NCBI RefSeq assembly: GCF_001194135.2
Contig: NC_068988.1
Coordinates: forward strand, 20,222,890-20,272,302
Direction of reading: 5' to 3'
Source of the DNA: Octopus bimaculoides
Lineage: Eukaryota
Length of the DNA: 49,413 nt
This document shows positions 12,807-27,000 of this stretch, one piece after another (within the stretch, counting starts at the first letter, position 1; every line of letters starts with the position of its first letter). The position numbers were made by a program, and so were the translations under genes. Below the pieces are notes generated by a model, which did no database searches, was not told the DNA's origin, and was given only the letters and a program-made list of their open reading frames with translations.

Positions 12807-14168
12807 CCTTGACCAAAATTATTAGGCCACTCCAATGTTTTGGAGTTCTGCTATCTCAATGTTACTGAAACTCGTGCACATGGTAGATTATGGTATAGTT
12901 CACAATAGACATTAATTTTAATATCTGGGTGACCCTCTTTTAACGTCAATTACCGCTTTTATACTGTATTGTACATATGCGACCAATTATGAGTAAGACA
13001 AACGTCTAAAATGAACTTATGTTTCCTTGATTATTTCAGAGTTTTATGCTAAAATACGTTGTAGATACAGTTAATAAATGATAAAATGCCTACAAGGGAG
13101 TTGCGTGAGTGTGAGCGAGGTCAACTCGTAGCTCACCATGAAGATGGAACGTCTCAAATGCAAATTGTTCAGAAGATGAAATGTTCTCGATGTGCGGTGC
13201 AAATGACTCTCAAGCGCTTCAGAGAGACAAAAGATGTGAAGACAATACATAGAACAGGTAGAAAGCAGGTTACATCACCTCCTGATGACAGATCCATCAT
13301 CTATCAGTTTCTCAGAAACAGGAGAAAAACATCGTCGGAGCTCTGTGTAGACTTCAACGAGGCAAATACTTCACAAATATCAGCTAGAACTGTTAGAAAA
13401 AGGCTTGTAGAACACGGTCTGAAAGGCTGTAAAGCTAGGAAGAAGCCATGGGTTTCTGAAGCGAATATGTAAAAAACCTCTTCACTAGGCCAAAAACCAC
13501 TCAAATTGAACTAGTGAGCAATGATCGAAAGTCATATGGTCTGATGAAAGTAAACATGTGTTAAGATAGTACATGTATTCAGTCAACATATAAACTTGAT
13601 ATAACTGGTTTGTTGTCAAAAATATATTTTTAAAAAAAGTACCCAGCATGAAGCTAATATTAGTTTTCGTGCTTTTACTCAGGATTTCGGTACATCTGGT
13701 GCAACTTTCGTGCGTCGCAAAGTTGGGAAAGCATTTAAGGCTGAATGTCTGGTACCAACCGTAAAATATGGGGGTGGTTCTAGCATGGTGTGGGTCTGCA
13801 TGTGTACCACAGGACACAGAGAAGTGTTTTTATGTCAGGGAAGGATGACTTCTGCTACCTGTTTCTATGTTATCGGATGATTTAGAGCCATCAATTGTTA
13901 AATTGTATCCAGGAGTGACGAAAAAAAGTGTTATTTTTCAACAGGACGTCATACAGCAAAGAATGCTCGTCAATGGTTTGAGACACAGGGTAATGTTCCC
14001 ATGCACTGGCCAGCTCAAAGTCCCGATCTAAATCCGATCGAACACCAATGGGAAACCGTTGGTGATGTTCTCAGGAACACAACAATTAAAAATAAAGAGC
14101 ACTTGTACCAAAATTTGAGAAAGGCATGGAGTAAAATTGCGCCTAGCACCTGCAAGAAACTAGTTGAG
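12804..14168 (+). mobile_element. Decayed Tc1 transposon (DD34E), right end hidden in an assembly gap
   Basis: TA then TIR-like CAGCCTTGACCAAAATTATTAGGCCACTC at 12804. ORF 13086-13472 encodes the HTH DNA-binding region (GRKQVTSPPDDRSI, SARTVRKRL, ARKKP). Catalytic motifs are WSDESK, PTVKYGGGSSMVW, FQQD and WPAQSPDLNPIEH. D-to-E spacing is 34 if a 10-nt deletion after QQD is restored. (TA)n flanks both sides and the gap spans 14169-14356. Confidence 0.9.
13558..13682 (+). other. Putative spliceosomal intron within the Tc1 transposase
   Basis: An AT-rich insert of 122-125 nt separates SDESK from (D)FGTSGATFVRR. It starts GTGTTAAG, has CTAAT at 13654-13658 and ends in the pyrimidine tract TTTTCGTGCTTTTACTCAG. 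Removing 13558-13682 joins the two exon frames. Confidence 0.55.
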
Positions 14169-14355
14169 NNNNNNNNNNNNNNNNNNNNNNNNNNNNNNNN
14201 NNNNNNNNNNNNNNNNNNNNNNNNNNNNNNNNNNNNNNNNNNNNNNNNNNNNNNNNNNNNNNNNNNNNNNNNNNNNNNNNNNNNNNNNNNNNNNNNNNNN
14301 NNNNNNNNNNNNNNNNNNNNNNNNNNNNNNNNNNNNNNNNNNNNNNNNNNNNNNN

Positions 14356-14389
<34 letters not shown>

Positions 14390-15309
14390 GAAGCACATTA
14401 AACAATATTCTCATTTACTACACTCTGCAATAGTACCATCTGAAAGGACGAGAGGGTTCCATGAGACAAGATAGTGATAGAAACCATAAGCAGTGTCTTT
14501 CGTAAGAGAAAAGCACACGTTGTGGAAAGTTTTACAGATGCCAAGGAAAACAATACAGCTTTCATTAAACTTCTCTAGTACAATGAAACCTAGTGTTTGC
14601 GCCACTGAAAGTAGTCTACTCTTTCTTGTGTTTCGATAAATAAAAGATATCTTTTTATTTAATATGAACAATATTTTCTTTAGAGAATTATTATCGAATA
14701 TCATCTGCTATAGTTTAATATAGCAGCTGTCATCAATAGTGTAATACAGCTATAATACGACGTTTATAATGAATTATAACAACTATCATTTATTGGTGAA
14801 TATGTTGTAATTGATAGAAATAGTGTAAAACGTCAAAATAATTTGATAAAAGATGAAAGAATTGTAACATAAGAAGCAAACGTGTCAAGTCTAGATATGC
14901 GCAATTTGCTTGTACAGGCCTGGGGCTGGTGGGATATTGCCATCTTTTATTGATATCTTTGCTTAATTGGACAATTTCTAAAGGATATTGCTATCAGATA
15001 TATTGTTTTCTTCGATATCGAGTCTAGTCGATCAGTTATCCTTGCATCACTGAACATCAATACGTTGACGTTTCAAGTTAATATTTCGAAAACACTGTCT
15101 TTGCTCACAAAGTGAATAGATCTGCAGCGAGGATTGTGGGAAGGCGTAAATACAAAATTCAACATAAACATTTCTTTCTAAAGAATACGTCTAAAATCTC
15201 TACTAATTTTAATCTATGATAATAATGACAAACCACATTTATCATTATCTGTATTAAACTTTATACCTCAAGCTTTTAGGCATGTATGCAAATGCATGCA
15301 CAATTGTAT

Positions 15310-15340
<31 letters not shown>

Positions 15341-15508
15341 TATTCATAAATGCTTACATAAATTATATGCAATTTTCATATATACGAACAAAAATCGAAC
15401 AAAGAAAAACACTCGCACTAACACATACATACACACATACATACACACACATGCACACACAAGCACACACACACACATATATATATATATGTATTTATGT
15501 ATATATCT

Positions 15509-15627
15509 CTGTGTCTTTGTCCCCCACTTGACAACAGATGCTGGTGTGTTTACTTCCCTGTAATTTGGCGGTTCGGAAAAAGAGACAGATAGAATAAGTA
15601 CTAGGCTTACAAAGAATAAGTCCTGGN
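15509..15627 (+). mobile_element. SINE family C, central fragment
   Basis: gtgtctttgtccccc...tgctggtgtgtttac...gatagaataagtactaggcttacaaagaataagtcctgg closely matches 31740-31866. The 3' end is lost in a gap and the head is absent. Confidence 0.8.
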
Positions 15628-16135
15628 NNNNNNNNNNNNNNNNNNNNNNNNNNNNNNNNNNNNNNNNNNNNNNNNNNNNNNNNNNNNNNNNNNNNNNNNN
15701 NNNNNNNNNNNNNNNNNNNNNNNNNNNNNNNNNNNNNNNNNNNNNNNNNNNNNNNNNNNNNNNNNNNNNNNNNNNNNNNNNNNNNNNNNNNNNNNNNNNN
15801 NNNNNNNNNNNNNNNNNNNNNNNNNNNNNNNNNNNNNNNNNNNNNNNNNNNNNNNNNNNNNNNNNNNNNNNNNNNNNNNNNNNNNNNNNNNNNNNNNNNN
15901 NNNNNNNNNNNNNNNNNNNNNNNNNNNNNNNNNNNNNNNNNNNNNNNNNNNNNNNNNNNNNNNNNNNNNNNNNNNNNNNNNNNNNNNNNNNNNNNNNNNN
16001 NNNNNNNNNNNNNNNNNNNNNNNNNNNNNNNNNNNNNNNNNNNNNNNNNNNNNNNNNNNNNNNNNNNNNNNNNNNNNNNNNNNNNNNNNNNNNNNNNNNN
16101 NNNNNNNNNNNNNNNNNNNNNNNNNNNNNNNNNNN

Positions 16136-16166
<31 letters not shown>

Positions 16167-17143
16167 TCGGGGTTTTATTATGGCAACCGGAGAAACATTA
16201 TATATCACGATAATTTGCTATCGGAGAAATATCACAATCATTTTTAAAATCTTGTTTGCTAAGTGTAGTTTCCTTCTAATTCTCTTTACTCCTCTTTTCT
16301 ACGGCTGCGTCTTTTCAACCATCTTAAAGGGGTAAAGACTAATTAGTCCACTATGTGCATAAATGCTAAAATACTGTACCCTACCTCTTTTGGTGTACTA
16401 TCATGGATTTTTTTGTTTTGTCTTTTATTATTCAGATTGCTGAGTTACTAATATCAATGTTTTTCTCTTCGATGTCGATACCCAACTTATAATTACTCTT
16501 ATTGTTATAATTTGTCGTTGACGTTCTTGCCCTGATTAATGAAGGTGAGAATAATTTACTTATATATGTACTTTGTATTTATGTGTTATGTCGCTTTACG
16601 CTGTTAATTTATTCATTATTTCTATATAGTTTCATTACAATCTGCTTGACGTTTCTTCTTTTCTTTCTTCCAAGGAGAAAGAATCTTGCTATCACGGTAA
16701 TGTTACCAAAAACTGTCACTGTCTTCACCATAAGATCACATCGAAATATTATTCTGCATTTACCTTAGAAATAAATAATAAGGGGCGAAGTTATATGACA
16801 TTTTATCAAGACAGCTCTTTCTCTATATATTGATTATTTCCGTAAAATTAAACATATACGATTAAATCGACCTTTGAGCTATCGGTTCTTTCATACATTC
16901 AACAATCGTAAGTCATAGAAAGCAAGGTTGACATCAATGAGATTTTACTCAGGATAGTCTCAGGGAATACCGGAAGCGAGGTGTTTTTTTCTGTTTTCCA
17001 TTTTTTTGTCTTCTCTGCGATTTACAACTACTTCTTTCAGGCCTAACCTGCTGGGAAACTAGGGGTCTAGGTACTTCATAGAAACATTCGCTATTCCTTA
17101 TTTGCTGTACTTTATTTATCTTTGCTATTTTCGCTACTGGCGG

Positions 17144-17316
17144 AGAAGAAGAAGAAGAAGAAGAAGAAGAAGAAGAAGAAGAAGAAGAAGAAGAAGAAGA
17201 AGAAGAAGAAGAAGAAGAAGAAGAAGAAGAAGAAAAGGAAGATGAAGAAGAATATGAAAAGAAAATGTCGGTGGAGTTAGTGTAATATGTATGTAACTGA
17301 TATGTGCAAAGAACTT

Positions 17317-17361
<45 letters not shown>

Positions 17362-17736
17362 AGACCAAGTCGGGGACGAAGATAAGAATGCGGAGGAAGA
17401 GGGGAACGGAATGGAGGAGGGATACGAGTGGAAAGAGGAGGGTGGAGGGAGGAGGGTGTGGNNNNNNNNNNNNNNNNNNNNNNNNNNNNNNNNNNNNNNN
17501 NNNNNNNNNNNNNNNNNNNNNNNNNNNNNNNNNNNNNNNNNNNNNNNNNNNNNNNNNNNNNNNNNNNNNNNNNNNNNNNNNNNNNNNNNNNNNNNNNNNN
17601 NNNNNNNNNNNNNNNNNNNNNNNNNNNNNNNGGAGGAGGAGGAGGAGGAGGAGGAGGAGAGAAGAAGAAGAAGAAGGATGAGGAGAAGAAGAAGAAGAAG
17701 AAGAAGAAGAAGAAGAAGAAGAAGAAGAAGAAGAAA
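17144..17736. repeat. Compound (GAA)n, (GTA)n and (GGA)n microsatellite block with an internal gap
   Basis: (GAA)n 17144-17234, (GTA)n 17317-17361, (GGA)n/(GAA)n 17632-17736. Confidence 0.95.
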
Positions 17737-18437
17737 CAGGACAGGAAGGGGAGGAAGATGGGAAAGGGAGAGAAGATGAGAAATATGACTACGGCGATGA
17801 TATGAATATTAGGAACGAAAATAAACAGCTTCATGGTTCTTGGTGCCTCGTCAATGATTAAACTTATGCAGACCAATATGTACAGAGCAAACAATATCAC
17901 TTCATACACGCATAGAAAAGAAGCATATAATATCTCACTATACGAGCTGTATATGAAAAAAAGAAAAGCATCTAAACCACGCACTTTCTTTAAGCAGACT
18001 TAGCTGCGCTCGGTTTCCATGTAAAAGCACGCAATAAGAATAATAACACTATCTTAACAATAGTAACAATGACGATGATGATGATGATGTTGATAATAAT
18101 AATAATAATAATAATAATACTGGTGATGATAAACTACAATGGCAATGGTAATGAAAATGTGTTAAAATGCACATGCTATGAGAGAAATGTATTGATGATA
18201 TCGTACAGGAGCCTAAACAACTTCAAATAAAATTGCATATTTTACCTTCCCTTTCTTTCTCTGTTTTTGTTTTTTGTTTTGTTTTTTTTTTCCAAATGTA
18301 TAAATCGTGTATTATCTACAACTATATCGGTATCCTATGTGATGTTACAAAACTGTCAGGAAGGTTCTGATGTTATGAATACCTGATAAGTCTTTAAAAG
18401 AATACACAGCCCCTCAAAAAATCTATAATCACAATAG

Positions 18438-18469
<32 letters not shown>

Positions 18470-21030
18470 TTATATATATATAAAGTGTATTTTAGGTAAT
18501 GAAACAAACGTGCTCAAGCCATTATGTTTATGCAACAATAAACCCAGAAATTATTCAGTATATTCCAGTCTGAATAAAGAAAACCTGTTGCGTAACGCAA
18601 ATGGCTATCGAAGAAGACTGAAACTAATAACAGTATGGGGAATTTTTTAAAAGAGAAAACGAACGTGATAATATTATTTTCATTATTCATGGTGAAACTA
18701 TAACCAAACGTGATAACAAAATTATAATAACGTAACTGGTATTTCATTCAAATAACATCATGGTAAGGTGAAAATAATACCCATAAAAATATAGACATCA
18801 TAACTATATAACTATATAAAATGGAAATACTCAGATTATTTTTGTTTTTAGGTTCCAGTTTTTGAATGTTTTAGAAATATGATGTTGTGGCTATATGTAA
18901 TATAATACACTAAGACGGCTTTAACTAGGTCTACATTCATTCATATTCTCCTAGCATCTCGCTTTATTATTCCACATTTAAAGAGCATTTATGTTTGCAT
19001 TCACAAGTTAACCAATATGTGTTGATAAATAAAAGCATCGAAGACGGTATAGAACGATGCAGTGTAGGTTTACATAAGAATATAGGAAAACAGGAAAATT
19101 CAAGCAAATGATTCAAAGAACAATTCCAGAGTGGAATGGGTGGCCTCCGAGCGCTAAGAATGACTGCTGCTTCAGTTCTAAGAGACTGTAGTTTTGTAGT
19201 ATTCCCTGTGGTTATCCTCTTCGAAGCTACAGACGCATCCTCAATACAAGCCAATTCTTTTCCAAATACATTTTTCAGCTGCCCTCCTCGAACCTACACA
19301 CGCTTACTGCGTGTAGGTCCATTCTCTCTGACCGTGCTCACTATTCGCAACCCCTGTCAACAAATTGCTGGAAGCAGCATTTCTCACACTTCTGCCATTC
19401 TATTTTTCAAGTGCAGCCCCTAATGTAACCCCACGGAAATTCAGATGTTTGACTGGTTTATTTATTTTAGGAGTTTGTATATTTTTTTATTATTGCTAAA
19501 GAATTAAGTAATGAGATAACCATATACTGGTTTGACACATTTTTCTTCTGTGACTTTCGTTAGTTTTTCTTTTCTCATCTTATGCCTTCTATAAGTTTTC
19601 TTCTTAAAACCCAGCTTTCAAGACTTATATTAAGTGCTTGTGCTAATACACATGTACGTATTTATTTAAATGGTACAGTTATATATATCAATGAAGAAAG
19701 GTATGGCTCTGCGTGATTAAGAATCCCTAATATTCCTCGTTCGATCCCACTGTTACACAACACTGGCAAATGTATTTAACATAACCTGGTGCCGACCCAA
19801 TCCTCGTGACTATATTTCGGTGGAAGCAAAATGTAATTAAACGAGTCAGTCTTGTCACATTGCATCAAAATGTTTCTATTCACAAATTACATTATGGTTG
19901 AACATGTCTGAGGAATACTCCACTCATTCGTACACTAATTCAACGAATGGCTGTCGAGTTGATTAAACAATTGGAGGCTCATACACCGAAATCGATGTGA
20001 TAATCCATCATATATCTGTAGTTTAAAATGGCTATCACATTTTCGTGAAGTATTTTCGAACTATTACATTGATCATCACTGCAAATTTTCTTTCCCGTCG
20101 TCTTTCGATATAAAGTTTGTGCCTCGCGGGCAAATGAATTCAACATACAAGCAGTTTGTCTTGGTTCTAAGGTTTATGTGAAAGAATCATTCTTCTTTTA
20201 TTTGAGATTGCTTTATGTTTTTTGCAGAGCTTTCATCACTATATGCGTTTCAAGAACACGCACACACATGTACATGCGCATCTATCTTCAAATAGCATTT
20301 AAATTTCTTAGATTAAAGTTCGCTTGAAGTAAATACAAAAAACGTATGAGACAAACCATTCCTATTGTATCTCTGTATTGTGTCTTATGTATTTCTTGAC
20401 GTATGTTCCTGTTTCTGCATAAAGTCACACGAACAACTAAGGAATGTAAGTGCATTGACATGTACTGAGGCATACTGTGATGTTGTTGACTGCATTGTGC
20501 CATTTCTTTATTTGCTGATATAAGGGGAACAGGGAGAAAGATTACACGATTACAGGAGAGAGAGAGACAGACAGAGACAGACAGACAGACAGACAGAGTA
20601 GGGGAGTGAGTGAGAGTTAAAGTAATAGAGTAAAAGACGAATACTTATAAGAAGGAGTGGTTCATCAACAGATGATTAAAAGAAACTTAGAGAGGAAGGC
20701 AAGAATGAAGAGGAAAAAATGTGATTAAGCGAAGAAGCAAGATGTTTGATGAAACAAAAAATATGGAGTGGGAGAGAATTATAGGAGAAAAAATTTATAA
20801 GATTTTGTAACAGAGGTGTGATGGGGAATTTTAAAGAAGTATATTTGAAAATGGAGAGATAGATATATGCGAGTGTAAAATATATGTGTATATACGTGTA
20901 AAGCGACTATAAGAGAACTAGATAAAGAAAGAGAATATAATACGGTTAGATGAATGCGATGCAAAAGCAGAGATAGATGGAAAAAATATAGTAAGAAATA
21001 GATAGAAATAGATAGAAAGCGATAGAAAGT

Positions 21031-21087
<57 letters not shown>

Positions 21088-21104
21088 GTAGATAGGTAGA
21101 TAGG

Positions 21105-21159
<55 letters not shown>
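21031..21159. repeat. (GATA)n microsatellite within a purine-rich tract
   Basis: Directly visible. The surrounding 20.5-22.1 kb is strongly A/G-rich on the + strand. Confidence 0.95.
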
Positions 21160-22034
21160 TGCTAGTAAGAAGATGAAATAACAGAAAGAGATAGTGGGAG
21201 AAAAAGATAAGAAAAAATGACAGTGATGGAAAGAGATAAGAAAAACATACATAGAGACAATAACAATTGGACGGGTAGACATAGTCAAAGAGACAAATAG
21301 AGAAAGGTACAGGAAATGTAGAAAGAAAAAGATGGTATAAAGATAGTAAGAAAAAGCGAGAGATTGAAGGAGCTTCCGAAGAGGAAAAAGCCGTAAAGGA
21401 ATAAGAAGCATGCAAGGAAGTTGGGGAAATGGTGGATTGGAAAGGTGAGAGAGATATTTTCGATTAAAAGAATATCAGAGAATACAAAAACGGGAGCGAA
21501 GTTACAAAAAGAGAAGAGGAAAAGAACGGAAGAATATGAAAAGAGAGGGGTATGAATAAAAGAGAAAAACAACTGATAGAGAGAAAAAATTTAAGCATGG
21601 GAGGTCGTTAAAAGAAGGAAGGTTCGAATTGTAGAGAGGAAATGAGTGAAAGGGAGATAATTTAGCGAAGGATACGCGATGTGAATAACTGTAAGAGAAA
21701 AAAATTGGGCAACAAATGAAGAAATACAAAGATGTTTAATATTTTAATATAGTCGGAAAACGAGGCAGAAGGAAAGTACAATAGGAGAAAGAGCAAGTAG
21801 GAAAAATGATATAGGCGTAGAGATGAGGAGAAATATCAATAGGTGCAAGGATGATGCTTTGTTCATCATGTTTAGTTGTTGATGTATCTTTTATTTTTTT
21901 AAATAACTTTTTATAAGCAGCTGAAAGTAACGTCTTAAAGAGAAATAAGGTTGGGCGGTAGGAGAAAAGGAAGAGAAGACTCATGACAACATAAGTGTGT
22001 GTGAGAATGTGTATGTGTGTGTGTGGGTGGGTGT

Positions 22035-22078
<44 letters not shown>

Positions 22079-22929
22079 GGAAGGCGGGAGAGAGACCGAA
22101 AGAAAGAATATCGAAGCCAGAACAATGCTTATTCACCACTGCAGGCGTCTTACGTCTTCTTTCGCTTCAGTTGGGAACTTGTTGACAGAATGACAAAGGA
22201 ATAAAGTAAAATAAGAAAATGAAAAAGAAAAAGTGAAAAACGCGGCGATATTCAACTTATAATAAGACCAGAAGCAGCAAAAGCAACACCAACAGCAGTA
22301 GCAACAACATTAGTTGTATGTGGTGATGGAATGTTTAGCTGTGTAGTTTTCGATGGCGTTGGCGGTGATTTTTAAGAAAAGAATTGATAGTATTCAATAA
22401 GTTGTGCGAATGTCAGAGCGGTGAAGGTGGGCCATTGACGCAGCAATGCGGCGGATTTTAATGATTCGAAATGAATTGCAATTTTTTTTTTGTTTTTGGT
22501 TTGTTTGTTTTTTTTCGTCTATGTTCTGCGTTCAAATCCCATATAGAATAAATCATGCCGTTCGTTTTAAAATATTGAAGCTTGCAAGACAATATGAAAT
22601 CTCTCCTCGTATCTCAAATTCTAACTTGATTGGAAACGTATTTTATTCACCTCTTCAGATCACCATATTATTTACGCACATTCACAAATGCCAATATATA
22701 TATGTATATGATGCATCACCGTTTGTGTGATGTGTTTGCGCGAGTGTGAGTGTGTGCGTGTGTATGAGTGTATGTGTGAGTATGTGGAGAGGGAGAGAGA
22801 GGCACACAGACAGACAGACAAAGAGAGAGAGACAGAGAGAGAGATATAGACAGTGAGAGACAGAGAGACAGAGACACAGAGAGAGGCCGAGAGAGACAGA
22901 CAGAGATGGAATGAGAGAGTACAAAATCC

Positions 22930-23060
22930 AGAATATAAAATCCGATAATTTAACGAGATGGCATAAGTCCAAAATAATTATTAACTTTTAACGCTCAGGG
23001 AAATGGAAAGAGTTCATGCTATAACGTTTCGGACCGTTGTGCATCTTGAGATTTAGCGAT
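22930..23060 (-). mobile_element. Possible old Penelope-like terminus with a decayed hammerhead
   Basis: Minus strand CTCAAGA T GCAC-AACG-GTCC GAAAC GTT. The flank acgctcagggaaatggaaag resembles acgctcgggaatacggaaag at 2609-2628. Stems are imperfect. Confidence 0.35.
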
Positions 23061-23688
23061 AAAATTAGGGAAGAAATGGATGAGATGCTGGAGTAAGGAA
23101 AAGAAAGGCAAAAATATGAAATCCTGGTATAGAAGCCATATGGTGGTCCACATGCTGACCGTTGATTGACATAATGTTAGAAGGTGAGCTAAAAAGGTTG
23201 GTTTCAAATAGAATTTCAATGAGAGGTTTGTGCCTGTGCAAATGATACTTTGGTCTTGTGTTTGCATGTACGTGTATGTGCGTAAGAGAGAGAAGAGAGA
23301 GACAAAGATAGAATCAGAAACTGAGAGAGAGATAAAGGGAGTGAGTGGCAAGAATTGCGAGAAGTAAATTTATGTCTGTACTCGATTCTTTGTGTATGAG
23401 TATAAAACATGAATACTTCTTTGTTCTGTTTAGTCAATAGGTGATTTTAAGTGTATGTGCGCACTGTGTGTCTGTGCCCGAGTGACAAAGTGTAACGCTT
23501 GCGTATGTGCAGGTAGTGTGTATGCGTGAGAGCTGTTGTTGTACACGCTAATAACTCCTTCATTATAAATCACCAGCATAGACACTGTGTCTACACATAA
23601 CTATCCTGCACTTTCTTACGCAAACACACACACACATACATACACACATACGCACGCGCACGCACGCGCACGCACGCGCACGCACGCG

Positions 23689-23728
<40 letters not shown>

Positions 23729-24327
23729 AGCACATGGTATAGAGATGATGACGAACACACGAATTGCCATTCTCACACATGCCTTGACCAATGCAGCCCA
23801 GTTTCTGTTCGTAAATGAAAAGTTAGGTTCCCGTAAGAATCCTACGAAAGTTAAATTTGCATGAGGCCGATTCAAACTATTTTAAATAATATCAATAATA
23901 AGTTTATACAAATTGAAACACTTAAGGAAAGGATTAATTTGACGTGATCTCGGAGACGTACGTTTCAAATGCAAGGACATTGAGGATACTTGACTGTAAC
24001 ATTTTCTCCTGGCTGATTGGAAAGTAGTGGTCAAAGTGAATGCAACTTAAAATGCATACAATACGTTTGAGGAACAAAATATTTATTAGAACACTAGAAA
24101 AAATATTTGTAATTGAATAACAAACAGTTTAGATTATCAGAAATGAAATCAAAGTATTGAAAAGCTTAAATTAAAACAACGCAAATCACATTATTTGTTG
24201 TGCATGATTATGCTAATGTGAAAGTAAAGCTTCTTAAATCTACAGAAAATAGTGTGTGAAGGTTTATACAGAAACAACCAGTAATCTGACCATTACACAC
24301 ACCATCGCGCGCCCGCTCACACAATCT

Positions 24328-24537
24328 CAGATGCAGCACAGAATTTTGTCAGTGAACAGGTCACCGTCTCAAAACAACGAAAATATTTTGACACAAATTA
24401 AATTTAAATGTTGAAGTGAATCTAACGGTTTTTGTGTGTTTCTTGAATGGCTTATAAACACCTTCCACGCTGCAATTGTTTTCGTTCCAGGACACGATCT
24501 CAGATCAGGTCACTTGCTATGCAAGTATATCTCCGTA
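24328..24537 (+). mobile_element. Interspersed repeat D (about 205-210 bp), copy 1
   Basis: Reverse complement of 32866-33070 over its whole length. Followed by a (TAAA)-like tail; no TSD seen. Orientation label is arbitrary. Confidence 0.85.
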
Positions 24538-24555
24538 ATAAATAAATATAAATAA

Positions 24556-24601
<46 letters not shown>

Positions 24602-25049
24602 ACACACACAGGTGGTATAACGGTCTTATCAAAGTATTAGTTTATTTAAATCTATTTTGGCAAAATAATACAGAACTAAAGCAAAGCACATCTAAATACC
24701 TAAGAGATTAAGAGAGATATTCAAATTTATGTCAGAAACGCTAGGGTATAAGCCACGTATGTTCCTGACGTGAATGTACAAATATAATTGTTGAAGGCAT
24801 ATGTGGATTCGAGATTGTGCAAACCGCCATTTTGATCATTTTTGAACCATAACTTCGCAAGCGGATAATAAACTTCAGCCATCTTGCTTCTCTTTCTCCC
24901 TGTCTCCCTCGCTCCGTCTCTCCCTCACTCCCTCTTTCTCTCTTTTGGTTTGTTTCTACTTTTTCGATTCTCTGCCTCTACTTCCCTTGACAAATTCTCC
25001 GTTCCAGTCTCACTTTCTTTTCGTTCTCTGACAATCCGTGTTTCGCTCT

Positions 25050-25460
<411 letters not shown>

Positions 25461-25538
25461 AGAAAGCTAGCTCCAAATGTTTTCAGTCAGTACGTTCCCT
25501 CTTCTTCCTTCCCTCCTTCCCACGCTCTCTGTCTGTTC

Positions 25539-25576
<38 letters not shown>

Positions 25577-25759
25577 TTCTCGGTTTCTCTTTTGTTTTTT
25601 ACAAAGTTTTTCTCCTCGTTTCTTTTCCGTTTTCTTTGTCTCCTCTCATATTTCTATCCCCACTTCTGCTTTTTCTTCTCAGTCTCCTCCCATCGAGAAT
25701 ATTTTCTTTTTCACACTTTCACCTTTTTTTCTTTGTACTAATATATATCTCTCTCTCTC

Positions 25760-25811
<52 letters not shown>

Positions 25812-25949
25812 CTGAGGATACAACTCAAAATTAAAGCAACCTATAAATGAAGATGGCATTTCGATACAACTGAATTTCCAATTGTCTATTGAACATCGAA
25901 TGTTTGCAACCAACCATGATTAAGTAAAAGTACATGAGAAAAAAACTTG

Positions 25950-26032
25950 CAAGCAGCAGCAGCGACAACGGCACCAATTGCAGTAGCATCAGTAGCAGTA
26001 GCAATACCACTAGTAGTAGTAGTAGTAGCAGC

Positions 26033-26096
<64 letters not shown>

Positions 26097-26256
26097 AGTA
26101 GTGGAGGAGCGGGAGTAGGAGTGATGGTGTTGCTGGGTGTGGTAGTGATGGGAGTAGTAATGGTAGTAATAGTAATAGTGGTAGTGGCTGTGGTAGTAGA
26201 AGTGGTGGTGGTGGTGGTAGTTGCAGCAGCAGCAGTAACAGTAGCAGTAGTAGTAT

Positions 26257-26313
<57 letters not shown>

Positions 26314-26461
26314 CTATTGTTGCTGTAGCAGCAGCAGCAAGAGCAGTAGCAGTAGTAGTAGTAATAAAAATAGTAGTAATGGTAGTAATAGTAGTAGTAG
26401 CAGCTGCAACAGCAACAGTAGTAGCAGCAGCAGTAGCTGTAGCAGAAGCAGCAGCAGCAGC

Positions 26462-26505
<44 letters not shown>

Positions 26506-26539
26506 CAGCAGCAGCAGTAGCAGTAGCAGCAGTAGCAGC

Positions 26540-26593
<54 letters not shown>

Positions 26594-26710
26594 TGTTGTT
26601 GTTGCTGTTGTTGTTGTTGTTGTTGTTGTTGCTGTTGTTGTTGTTGCTGTTGTTGTTGTTGTTTTAAATGTAGCAGTAATAGCGGTAGTAGTAGTAGTAG
26701 TATTAGCCTG
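25950..26710. repeat. Long compound trinucleotide array of (GTA)n, (GCA)n, (GTG)n and (GTT)n
   Basis: Directly visible. Units stay in one register, producing the spurious poly-Val/Ala ORF 25947-26714. Confidence 0.95.
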
Positions 26711-26956
26711 CTGAGCGTATTGTAACAGAAACGGAACATATCAAAGAAATGTCGCTTAAAGGAGGTGAAAACGGTGAAATGAACGATGGGTCGTTTAAGG
26801 CAATCGACGTTCTGACTTTTTACGTAGAATTCTTTTTTTTGTTATTCTGTCGCCATTAACTCCGGTCATTATCCTTCTCTTTCCTGTTCTTCCTTATTTT
26901 CTCTCATTCATCCTATGTTTCTATCTACGTCTTTTTCTCACACTCCCCCTTTCTTT

Positions 26957-27000
<44 letters not shown>

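Noticed and set aside
17041-17070. Candidate 30-nt plus-strand microexon (pyrimidine tract TTTCAG, then GTACTT donor)
   Set aside because: No recognisable peptide and no partner exons. Such motifs are expected by chance in 49 kb; only RNA-seq could support it.
18967-19423. Opposed ORFs 18967-19254 and 19136-19423 in a slightly GC-richer patch with a small hairpin
   Set aside because: No recognisable domain in any frame, so it is left unannotated.
22154-22177. Candidate 24-nt minus-strand microexon (FPTEAKED, GTAAGA donor)
   Set aside because: Same reasons as the 17041 candidate, and it lies on the opposite strand from it. Unsupported without transcripts.
25947-26714. 255-aa poly-Val/Ala ORF
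   Set aside because: It is a translation of an in-register trinucleotide array, with no unique coding sequence or splice support.
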